Position numbers and translations under genes: made by a program. 64,000 bases of DNA from Psilocybe cubensis (lineage: Eukaryota), in the NCBI GenBank assembly GCA_017499595.2, contig CM039004.1:2976001-3040000 (forward strand), given 5' to 3'. Each line of letters begins with the position of its first letter. Within the stretch, counting starts at the first letter, position 1. Below are positions 26,663 through 40,549 of the stretch, one piece after another. The notes beneath the pieces were generated by a model. That model saw nothing but the letters and a program-made list of their open reading frames with translations. It was not told the origin of the DNA and did no database searches.

Positions 26663-27963
26663 ATCACGATCGGGGAGATACAAATTCAAATCTCTCGTCT
26701 CACGTAGTCACGGTGCCGAATTCAAGCTCAAACGGCACACCTTCGTTCAGAACAACCCGACTCGAGACGAGTTTCAGACGGAGTTTAAACACATCAATGT
26801 GACTTTGCAAGGTGTCACTATTTCTGGCATCGTTTGGCATCTGGAAGACCAAAGAACTGGCTTTGAGAAATGAAATTTTTCAGACAGGCTCTTGATACTG
26901 TGATAAAAGTGGTTACCAACTTCTTTGTTGATAGAATAAGTAAAACAAACAGAAATTTGCATTTGATGCCATCTTAACTGGATGGATGGCTGAAGATGAG
27001 CAAATTGAACACCTTTCCAAGCAACATTTTCCTAATTAATCTGCAAATTCATATACCTACGTACAATCTACACTTGAATGTGCAATAAAACGTGGGAAAA
27101 ACGCAATTTCTAGAGGCAGGAAACGGGAATTTGAATCTCTAGGTCAGTTTGAATCCCAATGATCACGTTAGTAACTCTCCCCAAAAATTGAAAGTAACTC
27201 GGTCAATGGTCCGGTCAACAGTCCTAGACAATTGTCACTAGTCACTAGTCATCGATCCCTTAGATTAAACCCAATCCCAATTTGCACATTCCCACCCCCA
27301 TCCCATACCCATCCCATACCCATCCCCTTGAGTTCCCAACCTCCAACCTCCCATCCGCAGTCCGCAATCTGCAAATCCCCACTCAACATTTCTCGCAGTC
27401 AACCATTAAAAGTAAACCAACCTTGAAATTAACCGCCTGGCAATCTCGAGCTAAGTAAAACCCGCCTCGGACTTCGAACGAGTCGGAACGTGTATTTACT
27501 AGTAACTATACTATAGCACGGCGCGTGTGTGTGCGTACGCAGTGCAGTGCCGTGCAGTGCCGTGCAATGGCTGCTATAATGCTAAGTATGTTAGTAACAG
27601 TAACATCAACAGTAATAGTCTTCTGTGTCTCCCATTACCCGTTACATGACCCCCACCCCAAAGCCCTTGAAACGCTGAGGCTCCCGGGCCCTTGATATGC
27701 CCAATTCCAACCATCCACGCATGTGCGCGCGCGTCTTCTAGGTCGGACGTCGCAGTGGTACATAGACGCCGCCACAGCGTCAGTGTATTGTACACGCACG
27801 TGCGTGCGCCGCTGGGACATGACCAGGGCGCCGCGCCGCGCCGTCGCCACCGTTCGAAGTTCGAAGTTCGTGCGCATTCACCACATTCCGGAATCCGTGA
27901 CCCCCATTTGCCCGTAAGTAATTAGGTAGAAAAGCAGTTTTTAGATCAGGATTACTAATTAGA

Positions 27964-28973
27964 ACCCCATTCTGGTACTTGAACTTTAGGGTGTTGAATT
28001 TTCGGTATACTGCTATTGACAGGGAGAACGGTTGTAGACTTGCGCCGTGATTTTTTGCTCATACTCTAGAGTTAGATGGGAGGGTACCGGATTTGCGATA
28101 GAAGATGTCGATGGGAGCAGGGTCTGCCTACCTTATGAAGTCATTTCAAATCGATCAAGATCTATAAAGGAGATGAACAAATATTCGACGTAGAAATACA
28201 ATGAGATTTACCTTTGACGAATTTAGCTTCAGGAGATTGTCCGTCTTCGTACTGCTGGAGGTGCAAGTCGTCGTTGTGTGAAAATCCAAACACGCACCAT
28301 CCAGAGAGCGTCGATTTTCTGCACAGCTGGGCTATTTTGAATCATGTCGTGCACGATGTTGTGCATAGCGTCGGATTCTAGTCTGTGCTTTTCCTCCTTT
28401 GGTATTCCTTCTCTCGGTGGGATATCGCCAACTGCGTGTCTTCGATTCATGTGTCTTAGTCTACGCTGCGGATATGACATACCTTGCGCTTCAGCAAGAT
28501 CATGCACCAGTGCCATCATCACACATCTATCAGGCAAGATTCGAGAAATACGGAACCGTTCGTCATCGAGTTATGGGTCACTTCACCGACTTGGAGATCT
28601 CTAGTTTCGAGTCCTCCGACAGCACTGCGAGCGTGGCCATGCGACACATGTGGTCTGAAATACTGGACTCGCCAATTTAGCAGATGAATACGACGTGGAT
28701 ACGATTTCTACCTCTCTGGATTCGGAATCTATAGCAACACATCGATGTCAACACGTTGAAAAAAGTGAATTGACACATACCTCGTTGTCCACCCATCCGG
28801 TTCTCTTCTGAGTTTGCCTCGAACACGTGGATGCCAATTTTATTGATCCAAAGCGATTAAAAAAGTCAGACCTTGAGTCTCTCCAGGAGATTTACAAAAA
28901 CCAGTTTATCTTTGAGAGTATCACCAGTAGGTGTGTATAATGGAGGAAATACACGTTTAGACGGCGTCGACAT
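27964..28973 (-). pseudogene. Decayed duplicate of the HD-domain gene
   Basis: Same exon layout as 10613-11689, but DHMYRM is DHMCRM, CAA is TAA (FEMASQ to FEMTS*) near 28133-28135, and the last exon has indels. Confidence 0.85.
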
Positions 28974-31032
28974 GAAGATCGTGAACGAGGTAAAGGTTCA
29001 AAACGTGCCCTTGATCTCGGCTGCAGATGTTCGGCAGAACTCCGTCGGAGAATGAAATCGCGGTCAAAAATCTTAACGAAAACCTTTGCAAATCTAACCA
29101 ATCAAATGTTACAAAAATTTTAAAACCGAATTTGAGCTTCTTTTAACAGTACCATCTGCATCGAAGTAGAGATTGTGCGCTATGTTATAATGGATGAGGA
29201 CAAGAAAACAATTCTCGTGCCGGTTTGTTTGCTTTGCCTGAACTTGCCAAGCAAGATCGGCTGCGGGACTCGGACAAATCCGATGCCACGCAACCCTCTT
29301 TGCGCCACTCCGATGTTGACTTCGGTTTCCCAGCCCCCAAAGCTTTGTGGATCGTAGAAGGGAAACTATGCCCTTCATTTCCTTCAGTATACTCTACATC
29401 AAACGCTTCTACCGTGCTCCAACAATGAATGTAGAGGCAGTTCGACTTTATCTTTACAGCTCTTCACACAAGCGCCCACAACTCGTATGGATCTCTAAAT
29501 TTGGCTCTCTAGTTGTCAGCTGGACTTTTGTTCTGGACGCCGAAGCTGATTGAAAATTTTAAGGAAGGCTGATCGCTCCTATCTCGCTGCCTTTACTGGA
29601 TCCTCGGGTGTGTTTTTCCTATTCGTCATTTTTCAACAATCGATGTGTCTTGTTCTGTCCATGACTAGTGGCGATCTCCCATCCAACTTTCATTAACCCT
29701 CGATAGGAAACCAGATAGGGATTCGGGGATTATCTGATTCCCGGAAATACTGCGATGTTGACGTCCCATGATGTTCCAGGCAGCTCCGAATTCCCATCCC
29801 TAGGATAGTGTACACACACATACGCGCCTCGTGGCACACATACGCACAGCACAGCGGCGTTTGGAACAAACATTGACATATCTTTCAGAAAAGTATAAAA
29901 GGCTTGTTCCCCTTGCCACCTCCCTTTCTTCACAACCACCACCATCCCGAGACGACGCGAACTTGGCTTGCGTTTGCTACACGCTACTGGACCAATGGAG
30001 GCAGCACCGATAACACTCGACCGACATCGGTCTTTATATCTATCGACGACGTCCTCTCAGTGGTTTTACAACGTCGCCTATATCACTGGCACTATAGATG
30101 GTCACCCGGCTCGATCAGGACTACAGATTAAACTGCCATATCGTGCTGGCCTTTGAATAAAAAAGTCTCTGCACCATGTCCTGCCTCGTGGCTAAAAGTG
30201 AGTTGCTTCTCTTAATCGTGCTTTCGACCTCACGCGTTGACACGTCCACATAGAAAAAATGGTTGCGGTGATTAAAAAAAAAAAGTACGTCGCACACATC
30301 ATCCATAATTTGATTGATACTGAGGCCTTCCTTGCAGAAAAAAAAAAACAGATAGCACACCCATCACCCGCTACCCACAATACGCTGCGTCACTGACACT
30401 CGGGACACTTCGATATACTGACAAACCATCTCCAGGTCCGGGGCAGGAAGGGCCCGCACCGGATACAAGACCGATCTCAAGGGAGGCTGGCGCATACTGT
30501 AAAACCACCCGCGATGCAAGACTCAAGCCACCCGGCCAGTGAGCGCAACGTAGCTGCGTGGCGAGCTACCTGGGTTGACTACGTGGACTTCGGGGCACGC
30601 ACAAACGTCATATCCCCCATTCCCATCGACGGGCGGGCGTGGGTGGATCCCTGCGTACAATGATGCTCATAGTTAACTACCTCTTGTCCCCTTGAGGGTT
30701 GGCCATTAGCGGTGCGGTGTGTCTCGAGGGCGATAAGGCAGATCAAAGGCGGTAGGTGACCTGGACACGATCGGTCTACTCGGGGCTGTCTGCAGCAGTT
30801 CCAGTTTCGCCTAGTGGGCCAGGCCCTGCTTAATGCCTCACTGTTCAGCTGGACGTCACAGAAGAACCGGACAGAAGACGACACCGGGGGTATGGTGCGA
30901 ACCCGTGAAAAGAGAAATAAACAATAAACGTTAAACGATCGATTCCGCAATGACGCGCCGAACAACCAAAACGACGAAGAAAGGATTGAAGGATTATATA
31001 CAGTATCTCACTTGTTTGCACTCTTACAGTGC

Positions 31033-31069
<37 letters not shown>

Positions 31070-31295
31070 AACACACCTTCAAGAAAAATCTTTTCGCCCA
31101 AGTCCCTACTGAGTCTATTTTTCAAGCTTGACCGGAATTCTTGAGCACTCTGAAATTAACTTGAAGTTTCGATGCGCCGAACTAAGATATATTTCTTGAT
31201 TTATTTAATATAATTAGCCTTTATATCACTTCAAGGAGTAACAGGCTGCAAAGTATAATTTTTTGCAGTCATAGCAGTTCGATAGCAGTTGGATT

Positions 31296-31766
31296 TCACA
31301 ACGTGCAATCCACTCTCCCTCCACCTAAGCATCTGTATATTTTATAGTGGCACTATTAGAAGTGTTCGTATAAAATCTAATTAAATTTTCTTACGCTCCA
31401 CCAACACCTTCAACAAAAGGTCCGCAGCAAGTATATCCACAAGGACCTATAAAGACTGTGTCAGATAGCAAGAAACCAGAATAATTCGACCAATCTTACA
31501 TGCTGCACCCTAAATTACATGTTTTTGCAGAAGGTCAGCACCGTATAAATTAGTTCCTTGAGACGTACACTAGGTCCATTACCTATGATGAGAGAGAATC
31601 AGTTTCTGTCATGGCATTTTGAGATTTGGCGCAACACCCAATGCTTACAATGATATGGAGGACTACCAGTAGGAGGAACGCAGGTACGAACTTCAAGGGA
31701 GGTTGGTGAAGCCATGGTAAATGAACTGAACACAATAGACGAAGCGAAAATGAGGAAGAACTTCAT
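31296..31766 (-). CDS. Secreted Cys-rich CCGP peptide #2, 76 aa, 8 Cys; exons 31766-31649, 31582-31569, 31509-31500, 31446-31395, 31332-31296
   Basis: MKFFLIFASSIVFSSFTMASPTSLEVRTCVPPTGSPPYHCNGPSGAACPCGYTCCGPFVEGVGGACLGGGRVDCTL*; canonical introns. Confidence 0.88.
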
Positions 31767-32207
31767 TATGGCTCAGAGGCAAGATGGCTTGGCTGGTGTT
31801 TCTGACCAGCAAGTGCCATAGGAGCATTTAATTGACCTGCAAATCTAAGAATACCATCCAACTTGATGTGACTAAATATAAGGGCGCCAACTGAATGGAC
31901 GGGTAAGAACAATAGGAATAGAACTCCATGATCTATCAAAGCCTATTGGATGGGTAAACAGTGCAACTCTCGGTGCTAAAAATCATCTCAATCATACCAT
32001 TACATTCGGCTAACAGCGCGCGCGCTGTTGGAAGGATTCAATTTGGCTGTTAGTAAATAGGAATCAAAGGATACCCAGATTGATTTATAACATGATGCAT
32101 TCTGTAGAATGACGAATACATTGCGTATGCACAAGCTGATTTATAACACGATGCAATCTGTAGAACGAGGAGTACATTGCGTATGCAAAGGCTAAGCCGC
32201 CATTCCT

Positions 32208-32669
32208 TCAAAGTGGACATACACCTGTTTTTCCTTTGTAGCATCTGTAAGCAGTAGACGGCAAATTAATTGTACACCAAAATCAGAGGACGAAAGTGTA
32301 AATTGACTCACGTTCCGCCTAAGGTAGCAGAGATGGGACCGCAGCAGCGATATCCACTTGGACCTTTAAAATCATTCGGTTAAACATTCAGTACACACCA
32401 AACAGCGGAGAGGGCGCGTCTCATACATGTCAGACCCTGAAACGATGGACATCATGGCTTTAGCAATGCATCCTCATGATATGACTCCAAACATACCGTT
32501 CCGTAGCCACCTACATAATAGTTTCTCGTCAGATGGTCGTGTTTTAAATAATTTCAATAGACGTACAATGGAAGGTGACGGTGGGTGAATCATCCTGCGG
32601 TGTGGGTGACCCAAGAACTTGCGACGCAAAAGCGAGGGAGATAACCATGGAGATGATAGAGAATTTCAT
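32208..32669 (-). CDS. Secreted Cys-rich CCGP peptide #3, 71 aa; exons 32669-32567, 32510-32497, 32436-32427, 32363-32312, 32244-32208
   Basis: MKFSIISMVISLAFASQVLGSPTPQDDSPTVTFHCGYGTGLTCPSGYRCCGPISATLGGTCYKGKTGVCPL*; TATAAA ~90 nt upstream. Confidence 0.9.
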
Positions 32670-33281
32670 GGTGATGGTCGATGTAAAGGCTAATACTCGT
32701 CAAAGACTGACAATTAATGTCAAGTATGGTACAAGTGTAGTCTTTGCCGCCGAATTTATACATCGGAGCGCTGGCACAGTATACATATTCCACGCTCAGG
32801 ACGCTGATAAATTTTAGACAAAAAGGAGATCATTACTACCGGCGATGCGGTATTCAATCGACTTTAGCTCATGTTCCGAATCTGACGTACAAAGGTCAGG
32901 GAGTAGAATTAGCACTCAGCTAACGAGAGCGATCTCTACCATTTAATGTGCCTGTTTATATTTAAATCAGGGTCAAGCGTCAAAGTACCCTTTCCCTTTG
33001 AAATTATGATTTGCAGTCTCATCTGCGGACTTCTTTTGCTATGTACTCACTCGACATTTCATCCCAGGTAAAGAAGTTTATGCCTATTTCTCAACGAAAG
33101 ATTCTATTGATAGAACGCCAACAGTAGCAAACTCCGAGTCTACGCCAAAGGTCAAATGTATGAAAAGTTATATTTTTGCATTTGTTGAATTTACACGAGA
33201 TTTAACGCCTGCAAAGCTCCATCAAGTCATCTTTCAGCTTTCCAGATTTTGCATAGGCTGTATAACTGATTCATTCATCAG

Positions 33282-33718
33282 TCAAAGGGGACAAATTTCC
33301 CCATCCGGATAGCAGCTAGTGAAGTTTGAGTTAAGCAGACAAATTTGTCAGTACTGGAGCAAGGGAGTAGATCTTGTACATACGTCCCACCAGTTGTCGT
33401 AGAGATTGGGCCACAACATTGATATCCAATTGGACCTAAGAAGTAGGGGGTAAGCACCTTTCCGATAGGAATACATGCGGCAAAGGAAGCAACTTACAAG
33501 ATGGGGACTACAACAACAAGTGGTAAGTTTACAAACATATTAGGAAGTTTACAAGTAAAATAGTAGACATACAGCAGCGGTGTCACCTTGGGGAATCCAT
33601 GTAAGTATGCACGATCCAGTTGAAAATGCAATTCCCAAAGCTGCTCACAATGGTATACGGCCAAACCTTGGGTGACAAAATAAGTCACCGTGATTAAAGA
33701 TGCAAAAAAGAAACGCAT
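33282..33718 (-). CDS. Secreted Cys-rich CCGP peptide #4, 59 aa; exons 33718-33649, 33586-33573, 33507-33498, 33435-33384, 33315-33282
   Basis: MRFFFASLITVTYFVTQGLAVYHCDTAASPSCPIGYQCCGPISTTTGGTCYPDGEICPL*; TATAAAA ~50 nt upstream. Confidence 0.9.
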
Positions 33719-34682
33719 GGTTAAAATGGTTCTGATAGAGATTTGAGCTGGATGAAAATGCATTTTATAGCCTTTCACTCAGCGGTAAATTGAATGAGAT
33801 ATAATATTATAAATAGATCGCAGATAAAGCACCCCGCGCCTACTGAACGTGCAGGGCGTTTACGGCCTGCTCCACCACGAGCTTATGAGACAACTGAATG
33901 GAATGTTCACGAATCTATTAAATCTCCTTGATATATATCAGGCTCATGTTTTGGTATAAATCCCAATTTCGCATCACCTACCCAGTAACTATAGGTCACC
34001 AGCGTCTATTTTGAGACCATTTATGTTCACACTTGAATTTTTCAGCATACCATTTGTGGCCTCTCCATCGGTCCGTATACTATAGGTGGGATGTCCCATA
34101 AAGAACGCATAAATCGTTGTTTGTCGGCAATGTAAGCCGATGGAAGGACAATGGTCAGAGATGCCACCAGCGGTATGTGCTTGCACTTCGTGCAGATATG
34201 TCCGATTTCCGAAGTTGAGCGACTTATTTTTAACAAAGGATGATCCTCCCATTTCGCCGACGGTGAAAAATTGGACATAAATCAGTCACTCCTAATGCAA
34301 ATGGCTGACAGTGCCATGTCTCTTGTCAGCGGGTAGAATATTCCCAGAGGCAAATCACGAAATTCCAGACACTTTCTCCGAAATTGACGGTGATTTGCAA
34401 AAGCCATAAAAAAGCGTTATGGTGTCGATAGAATAAATACAAGAGCATGAATACAGAGAGCTCCTAAACGCCATGTGTCATGTTAGATTCAACATAAACA
34501 CATAAAAAACAGAAACAAAGATAAGGTTTCGCGCGTCGAGCGGAAAGAAAAGGTTAACTAGTCCGAAATTATGATGCACAGTAATGTACATGGGATACAT
34601 ACAACGCAGCTGCCGAAATGTTTCGATGGAGACCATTTCTCCGAAAATCAAAGTCATCATCATGCCGAGTTGAGGTGTAAGA

Positions 34683-37230
34683 TCATGAAACACGGGTTTG
34701 CTTTTTCGCTGTCCCAATAGTCGTATTGTTAACCTGGGAAATGATACAGCTCGGATCAATAACAGAACGTATACCAAAATATTACAACCAACAAACCTTG
34801 GTAGCGAACCTCAGAGACGTAAGAGACTCCTGCAGATGAGCGGCCAGAGGCGATAGATTGAGAACCATCTATAAAAGGACGAAGACGTCAAATTTGAGCA
34901 AGGCGAGGTGCACAGTGACTAACCAGTGTCTTTGAATTACCACTCAAAGAATTTTGCAGGAGATATGTAAGCTTAAGCCACATCAGAACCATCATACACG
35001 CAAGACAAGACTCATTAGACATACCTTCGAATTCCTATATGGAATATGCTTATCGTTTCCTTTCTCTCCTTTCTCTCCCAATGCAGCAATCACATCCCCA
35101 AGAGCGCTCAAGCTCCTGTTGATATTCTGTGTCTCTCTCACCCGTTCCTTATCTGCTCCATTTGCGAAGCTTACATTCAGTCTCTCACTGCCTGCCAAAT
35201 CCACCAAATTCAAGCTGCCTTCGCACTTCTCCCCGGTGCCTGGGCACCCATCCAAACCGACATTGACACCAGAGATACGCAGGGTGAAAACGGAATGTGA
35301 ACGCGAGGAACGCTCGTTCATCAATGTAGCAGCCACGCTCCGTCGGGATTGCGCAACAGAGAGCAAAGTACGTACTTGCGAGGGAGAAGTGAGCGGGATG
35401 ACTTCGACATCTGTTACGCGGGTTGACCCTGTTTTGGGGTCATGCTTGATTTCATGCTTCTTCTTGTCGAACTCGCCCTTGCCGAGGAGGTCGTTGATGG
35501 TTTCGTTATACTAAAGTATACATAAGAGAGGGGAAATGGCAGAAAATTAGATATGTTTATTGACTCACAATTTCGAGGAACTGTCCCTCGATAGAGTATT
35601 CCCAACCTCTACTCTTCATCTCGCTAGCGACACGGAACACTTGCTCCACTGCTCGGGGGATCATGCCCTGACTCGACTCGGTCTATCCAAAGGTAAGCTT
35701 GAGGTTAGACAGATACATACATTTACCAGTTGATTGTACGTACAGGACCACCTTCCATCGTGAAAGACTTCCCTGAACCCGTCTGCCCGTATGCAAAGAT
35801 GCAAACATTATAACCATCGGTGCAACTCTGTGCTAATTGGGAGATTTCCTCGAAAACCTCAGCCTGCGTCGACTCAGGAGCAAAAACCTGGTTCAGAATG
35901 TCAGTAAAACTCGACATTGAGAAGTACAAAGAACACTTACTCGGTCAAAGCCAAAGTTGTAAACTTCCTTCCTCTCTTGACCAGTAGCGCTAGATGACGA
36001 AGAAGCAAGCACAATCTCTTTGTGATCGAGTTTATCAGGGAAACTCATATTGGCCTGAAGTTCCTCCTTCGCTTTTTCGAAGTCGACACTACCACCTTCA
36101 GACCCGTTACTAGACGACCCTGATGAGGAGAGTGTGTTGGAATAAGTAACGAGATCCGAGGGTAGCACAGGCCGGACACGACAGAAGACACGGATATTGC
36201 CCTTGAGTTCTTGCACCATATTGTGAAGTTTGCGGCGGACGAATTCGTTCTCCATTGCCTCCTTTTTTAGATCATCGACTTGCTTCTGCGCGGTTTCCAA
36301 CTTGAGCGTCATCTCAGAAACCGTCCTAGCATATGCATCAATTTGGGACTGGAGAGCCATCGACTGGGCCTCGAGTGCATGGTTCTGAGTAGTAAGAGAA
36401 AGCTGAGCTGTTGATTGATGTGCAATTGTATTCTTCAGCGACGAAACTGTCTCCCTCTCCCTCTCCAGATCGCTCCTGCAAATTCGCAAGTCTTCGTTAA
36501 CTTCGCGCAGTTCGCGATCGCGCTTCTTGATGTCCAGTTCAAGATCCATAACCTCCCTACTATGCTTCTTCTTTAGGTTCTCAATCTCATCCGATGCATG
36601 TACAAGCTCGCGACGCTGATTAAGTTCTTGTGTTTTGGCGTTCGCAAGCTCATTCGAAAGCGCTCGGTGATTCGCCTGCAGTTCCGCGACCTTATTTCGC
36701 TCTGCTTCCATCTCCGCTGCAAGTCTGGCCGCATCTGCTGCCCTTGCAGCCTCGATGGAAGTCAACTGCGATTGAAGGTCATTGAATCGTTTATCGTCTC
36801 CAGGGCGGATACCGACACCAGGCCTAGCAGATCCAGACCCGGAGGCTACCCGCCCGGCAGTGGCTCGGGTGGCAGTGGTGGGCCTAGCAGGCGGTTTGGC
36901 GCTTGTCGGAGGTGCACTAGTTCCTCGTGTCGATCGTGTTAAGATAGGTGCTCTTGGCTTTGTTAGTGGCTTCGGTACTGGTGCTGGTGCCCCGCGAGAT
37001 GAAGTTAAGTTTGTCGCTGTCTTCGAAGGCTGCAGAGGCCTACTAGGCCTCACAGCACCAAAAGCTGGTAGTTTCCTGGGTTGATCCAGACTCTCCATCT
37101 CTTCATCCTCCTCCATGATGGCTTTTCGTTTGAGACTGGTTTGCGGTACTCTTGATGGTAGGGAGGGCCCGGCATCGTTGGAATGAGCTCTATCAGGAGA
37201 CGAGCTCCGTAGGCGTGGTAGTCGTGACAT
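34683..37230 (-). CDS. KAR3: Kinesin-14 (C-terminal motor, Kar3/KlpA-like), multi-exon
   Basis: Basic Pro-rich tail, long coiled coil, [23 protein letters not shown] neck, [11 protein letters not shown]-loop, [31 protein letters not shown]. Confidence 0.93.
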
Positions 37231-37714
37231 ACAGCAGACCGAATGAGTAGGGGTGCTGGGGGTTTCTCGCCGTTGCCGTCGTCGTCCAAGTTGTGTTCGT
37301 TGAATTTGGCCCCCACTCGAACACACAAACGCGTGTAGCACGTGATGGTGTTTATGGGGTGGATGACTAAGTACACCGCCACCATTGGACTACTGAGCAA
37401 GTCGTCCTATGTGGCGGTGTACTCAACTTCAGCTTCAACTTCAGATGCGAGCAAGATGCGATATACATGCTGAACACCATCGTTATCATACAGCTTGCGT
37501 AGAACATAGAAAAATGGCGTAGGAACGTGATTAACGTTTGAATGGTCAATTCTGGTATGGCATCTCATATTGCAAACACCACCAAAAACATTGACAGATA
37601 TTTTGCTTCCTACACTTGGTTTGTGTACACATGGGCATTGAATTACTTCCTTTCCACTGTCCGCAAAATAACTCTACACATCCTTGGACGTATGCGCTCC
37701 AACCAGACATGGGC

Positions 37715-38265
37715 TTATGCAGGGCATGCAATTCCAGGCGTATTAATGCACCTAGGAAGAGATTCACGGTCAAAGAACATTTCTTATGGATTGTCGCAAA
37801 CTTACTGTCCTCCTTCCGCCGAAACAGGTCCACAGCATCGGAAACCTGGAGGACCTATGTTTGTTCCCCATGAGCCCGAGAAATTTTTACTTTGACAATT
37901 GACTTCTTACATAGCTTAGCCTTCATTACGATGGTTAGGTTAAATTAGATGATTCACAGCAAAGAAGGTTCATACAACGAAAAGAACTACTCACATTGAC
38001 ACCAGTTTCTGTATTAACCTAATGTGAGTGATACTAATGTGCTCTTCTTCCGAGCATTCTACTCACCGATTAAGCTACAGTGTATAATACCAGACGTTGG
38101 AGTTGAGGTCATGGTCGAGTCCTGAGTTGGGCTTGCAGTAATGGAAGTAGATAACGTGTGTGTCGGGGTTTGGTGAATTTTATGATGGCCTCTAAAACGC
38201 TGCAGTCTAGCATTGCATCCTGCAATGAACAACGTAGATATGGCAAGGGAAATGAAGAGCTTCAT
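37715..38265 (-). CDS. Secreted Cys-rich CCGP peptide #5, 102 aa with His/Thr/Ser-rich extension; exons 38265-38067, 38008-37995, 37920-37911, 37854-37806, 37751-37715
   Basis: MKLFISLAISTLFIAGCNARLQRFRGHHKIHQTPTHTLSTSITASPTQDSTMTSTPTSGIIHCSLIETGVNAKLCPPGFRCCGPVSAEGGQCINTPGIACPA*. Confidence 0.85.
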
Positions 38266-39618
38266 AGCTACTCGAGTTATCGGTAGTGTGCTTTTAGTCG
38301 TATTAGTTTGGGGATTTGTCGCTCACTTTACTCTATTTAACTGAACAGTGAACGGGCTTATTATTCTGAGAAGGCAACCGGAGGGCAACTGATCCACGTC
38401 GAATCCACTGTACAACGACGTTGGAACATAATGAGTGAATGTGCGTTGTCCTCCGAAAAAACTCTGGTTTTCGTTCTTTGAAGTTCAGCGCTGCGTGAAT
38501 GTCAGTCAAGTGTTCCAATGCGCAGCAAGTCGCTGGCCCCGCCAACATTACTTCTATTAGATCGTCGTAGAGAATCAAACTCTGCGCTTACCGAACGACA
38601 GTCGAATGTCAGGATCAATGAGACTATCAAGTTAAGTGGTTTTTCGGCCAGCACTTTGCTTCTGTAAAATGACGGACTTATTTATTGTTAACTTGCCCAA
38701 CCGCACTTAATTTTGGAGGCATCGAAGTCGTTCAATGAACGTAATCATGAATCAGACGCGTCAACTTAAGATATATCGGAATGTGATTAATCCGCTGCGC
38801 ATTGTTGGGTTTCTCGGGGCATGGCAAGTCCATGGTCTGAAGCTGCCGACTGATCTATTTTGAGGATACTCAGGATAGGCAATGGGCACTGTAGAACTTT
38901 GACGCACGATTGCAGCAAAATATTACCAATTGATGCGCGTACAGGATCTCCATATCTCGCCCATGCTCAACTGATGTGACTTGTTCATCTACTAATTAGT
39001 TGCTAACCATTTGCTTTTTCGCTCCGAAGACATCCGCGGTGTAGTGCGACGGGAACGCCGTGTAAATTCACCCGTCATTTCTGACATAATACCTTGGCAG
39101 GAACGTGCCTAGATGCTGTGAACGGCAACGGCCGTGAGGAAAACGTGGGTATCAAGTAAATAATCTGAACCAAGTACACCAAAAGAAAAGCCTGAATACA
39201 CTCATGAAGCTCTCAGTGTAACTGTCTAAAGCAGAGGTAAGGTTATAGCTACTATCCGCATTTTCAACTAATTCCAAAATGTATCCATAATAAATTTCTT
39301 CCCACAGGAGGACCAGGACCCTTGTTTCCTTTTGAGCCGCTTTGGGCGCACTATGATTGTGATCATGTACAGCACCCATGACATCGACCAAGGTTTGTTT
39401 CCGACCAAGAGTCCAACCCTTATTTTTCCTGCTCCATTCTTGAGAAAGACCGTGGAGTAGGCCCATCGTCAGGTGTCGCGCCCTACCGTCGGACATTTAT
39501 GATAATAATCGAATTGAGAACTTCCAAAGATCCTTGTAGGACGGTGCCAAGACCCTATTTGAGGGTACTTAAAGTGTTAGGCTGGTCTAGCTACTTACCA
39601 AACCAGCAGAGATACTCA

Positions 39619-40089
39619 ATGGCCAGGTTCTTCTTGCTCTCCACCCTCATTCTCCTCGTCGCTCAAGGTCTTGCAATGCCAACGGCCGAAGAGAGGGACG
39701 ACCCACCGGTGTATCACTGTAAGTCCTATTTTTATCCTGATCGCGATGAAACTGACGCCTTGTCGCTGCGCTATAGGTGCCAATGGCGTTGTAAGTTATT
39801 TAGGTGTAGATTCAAGTCGGATTTGAACCAGAGAAACTGACGTTGCTCGCTATTGTTACTTAGGACAACTGTAAGTGATTATAATTATCCTACATGGCAG
39901 GCACAATGATTTTAATCTACATTGCCTTTTTCCAGGTCCAGGACCTCAATGGACATGCTGTGGACCGATACTCCCAGATGTCGGCGGAATGTACGTGCCT
40001 TGACTGACTACTGCGAAATTAAGCCGATGATTGAATACTGGTATAATAGCTGTCGCAAATTGAAGCCGGGCCAAGTCTGCATCTTCTAA
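39619..40089 (+). CDS. Secreted Cys-rich CCGP peptide #6, 71 aa; exons 39619-39718, 39777-39790, 39864-39870, 39936-39990, 40050-40089
   Basis: MARFFLLSTLILLVAQGLAMPTAEERDDPPVYHCANGVDNCPGPQWTCCGPILPDVGGICRKLKPGQVCIF*. Confidence 0.9.
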
Positions 40090-40549
40090 CTGTTTGGTCA
40101 CGAAGACGAGTCAGTTGACCAGAAAGGAAGGGGGGAGAAAACGTTTTACTATACCAATATGTTCTACTACATTCTGTCACGTTCTCCAATTGACGTGCCT
40201 GATATCCCTACCACACAAATATTACCCATGAACGTCGTTCAGTGTTAAGGCTGATCTGAGTGCCAAGCCGGCGTGCTCATTACCGCAATTGGTGACTATT
40301 TCCATTTATGAACACCCAAATAAGCGCCATTAGAGGCATGTTCCACATGGCTCGAGCTTTAATTGGACAGCTATGCGAAAAACATCCAAGGGGTTGAATC
40401 AAGAAAATGTTTAAGAGAAATCACTTCGAAAAACGAAAAATCTTGTCTTTTCAAGATTCGTGGCACAACGATGGATTCAGAAAGTCTTATGACTTGTAAT
40501 GACTACGATAAACCATCCGGAAAACACATAATAGACCGAACATCGCCCT

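Larger units (their letters stand above)
27964..32035 (+). repeat. Segmental duplication unit, copy C (direct repeat of copy A)
   Basis: Colinear with 10670-14850, including the HD gene, spacer, hairpin/T-tract and a peptide gene. Confidence 0.9.

Noticed and set aside
32095..32195. Short direct repeat TACATTGCGTATGCA x2
   Set aside because: Two imperfect copies in a 3' UTR; not an array. There is no CRISPR-like structure anywhere in this eukaryotic window.
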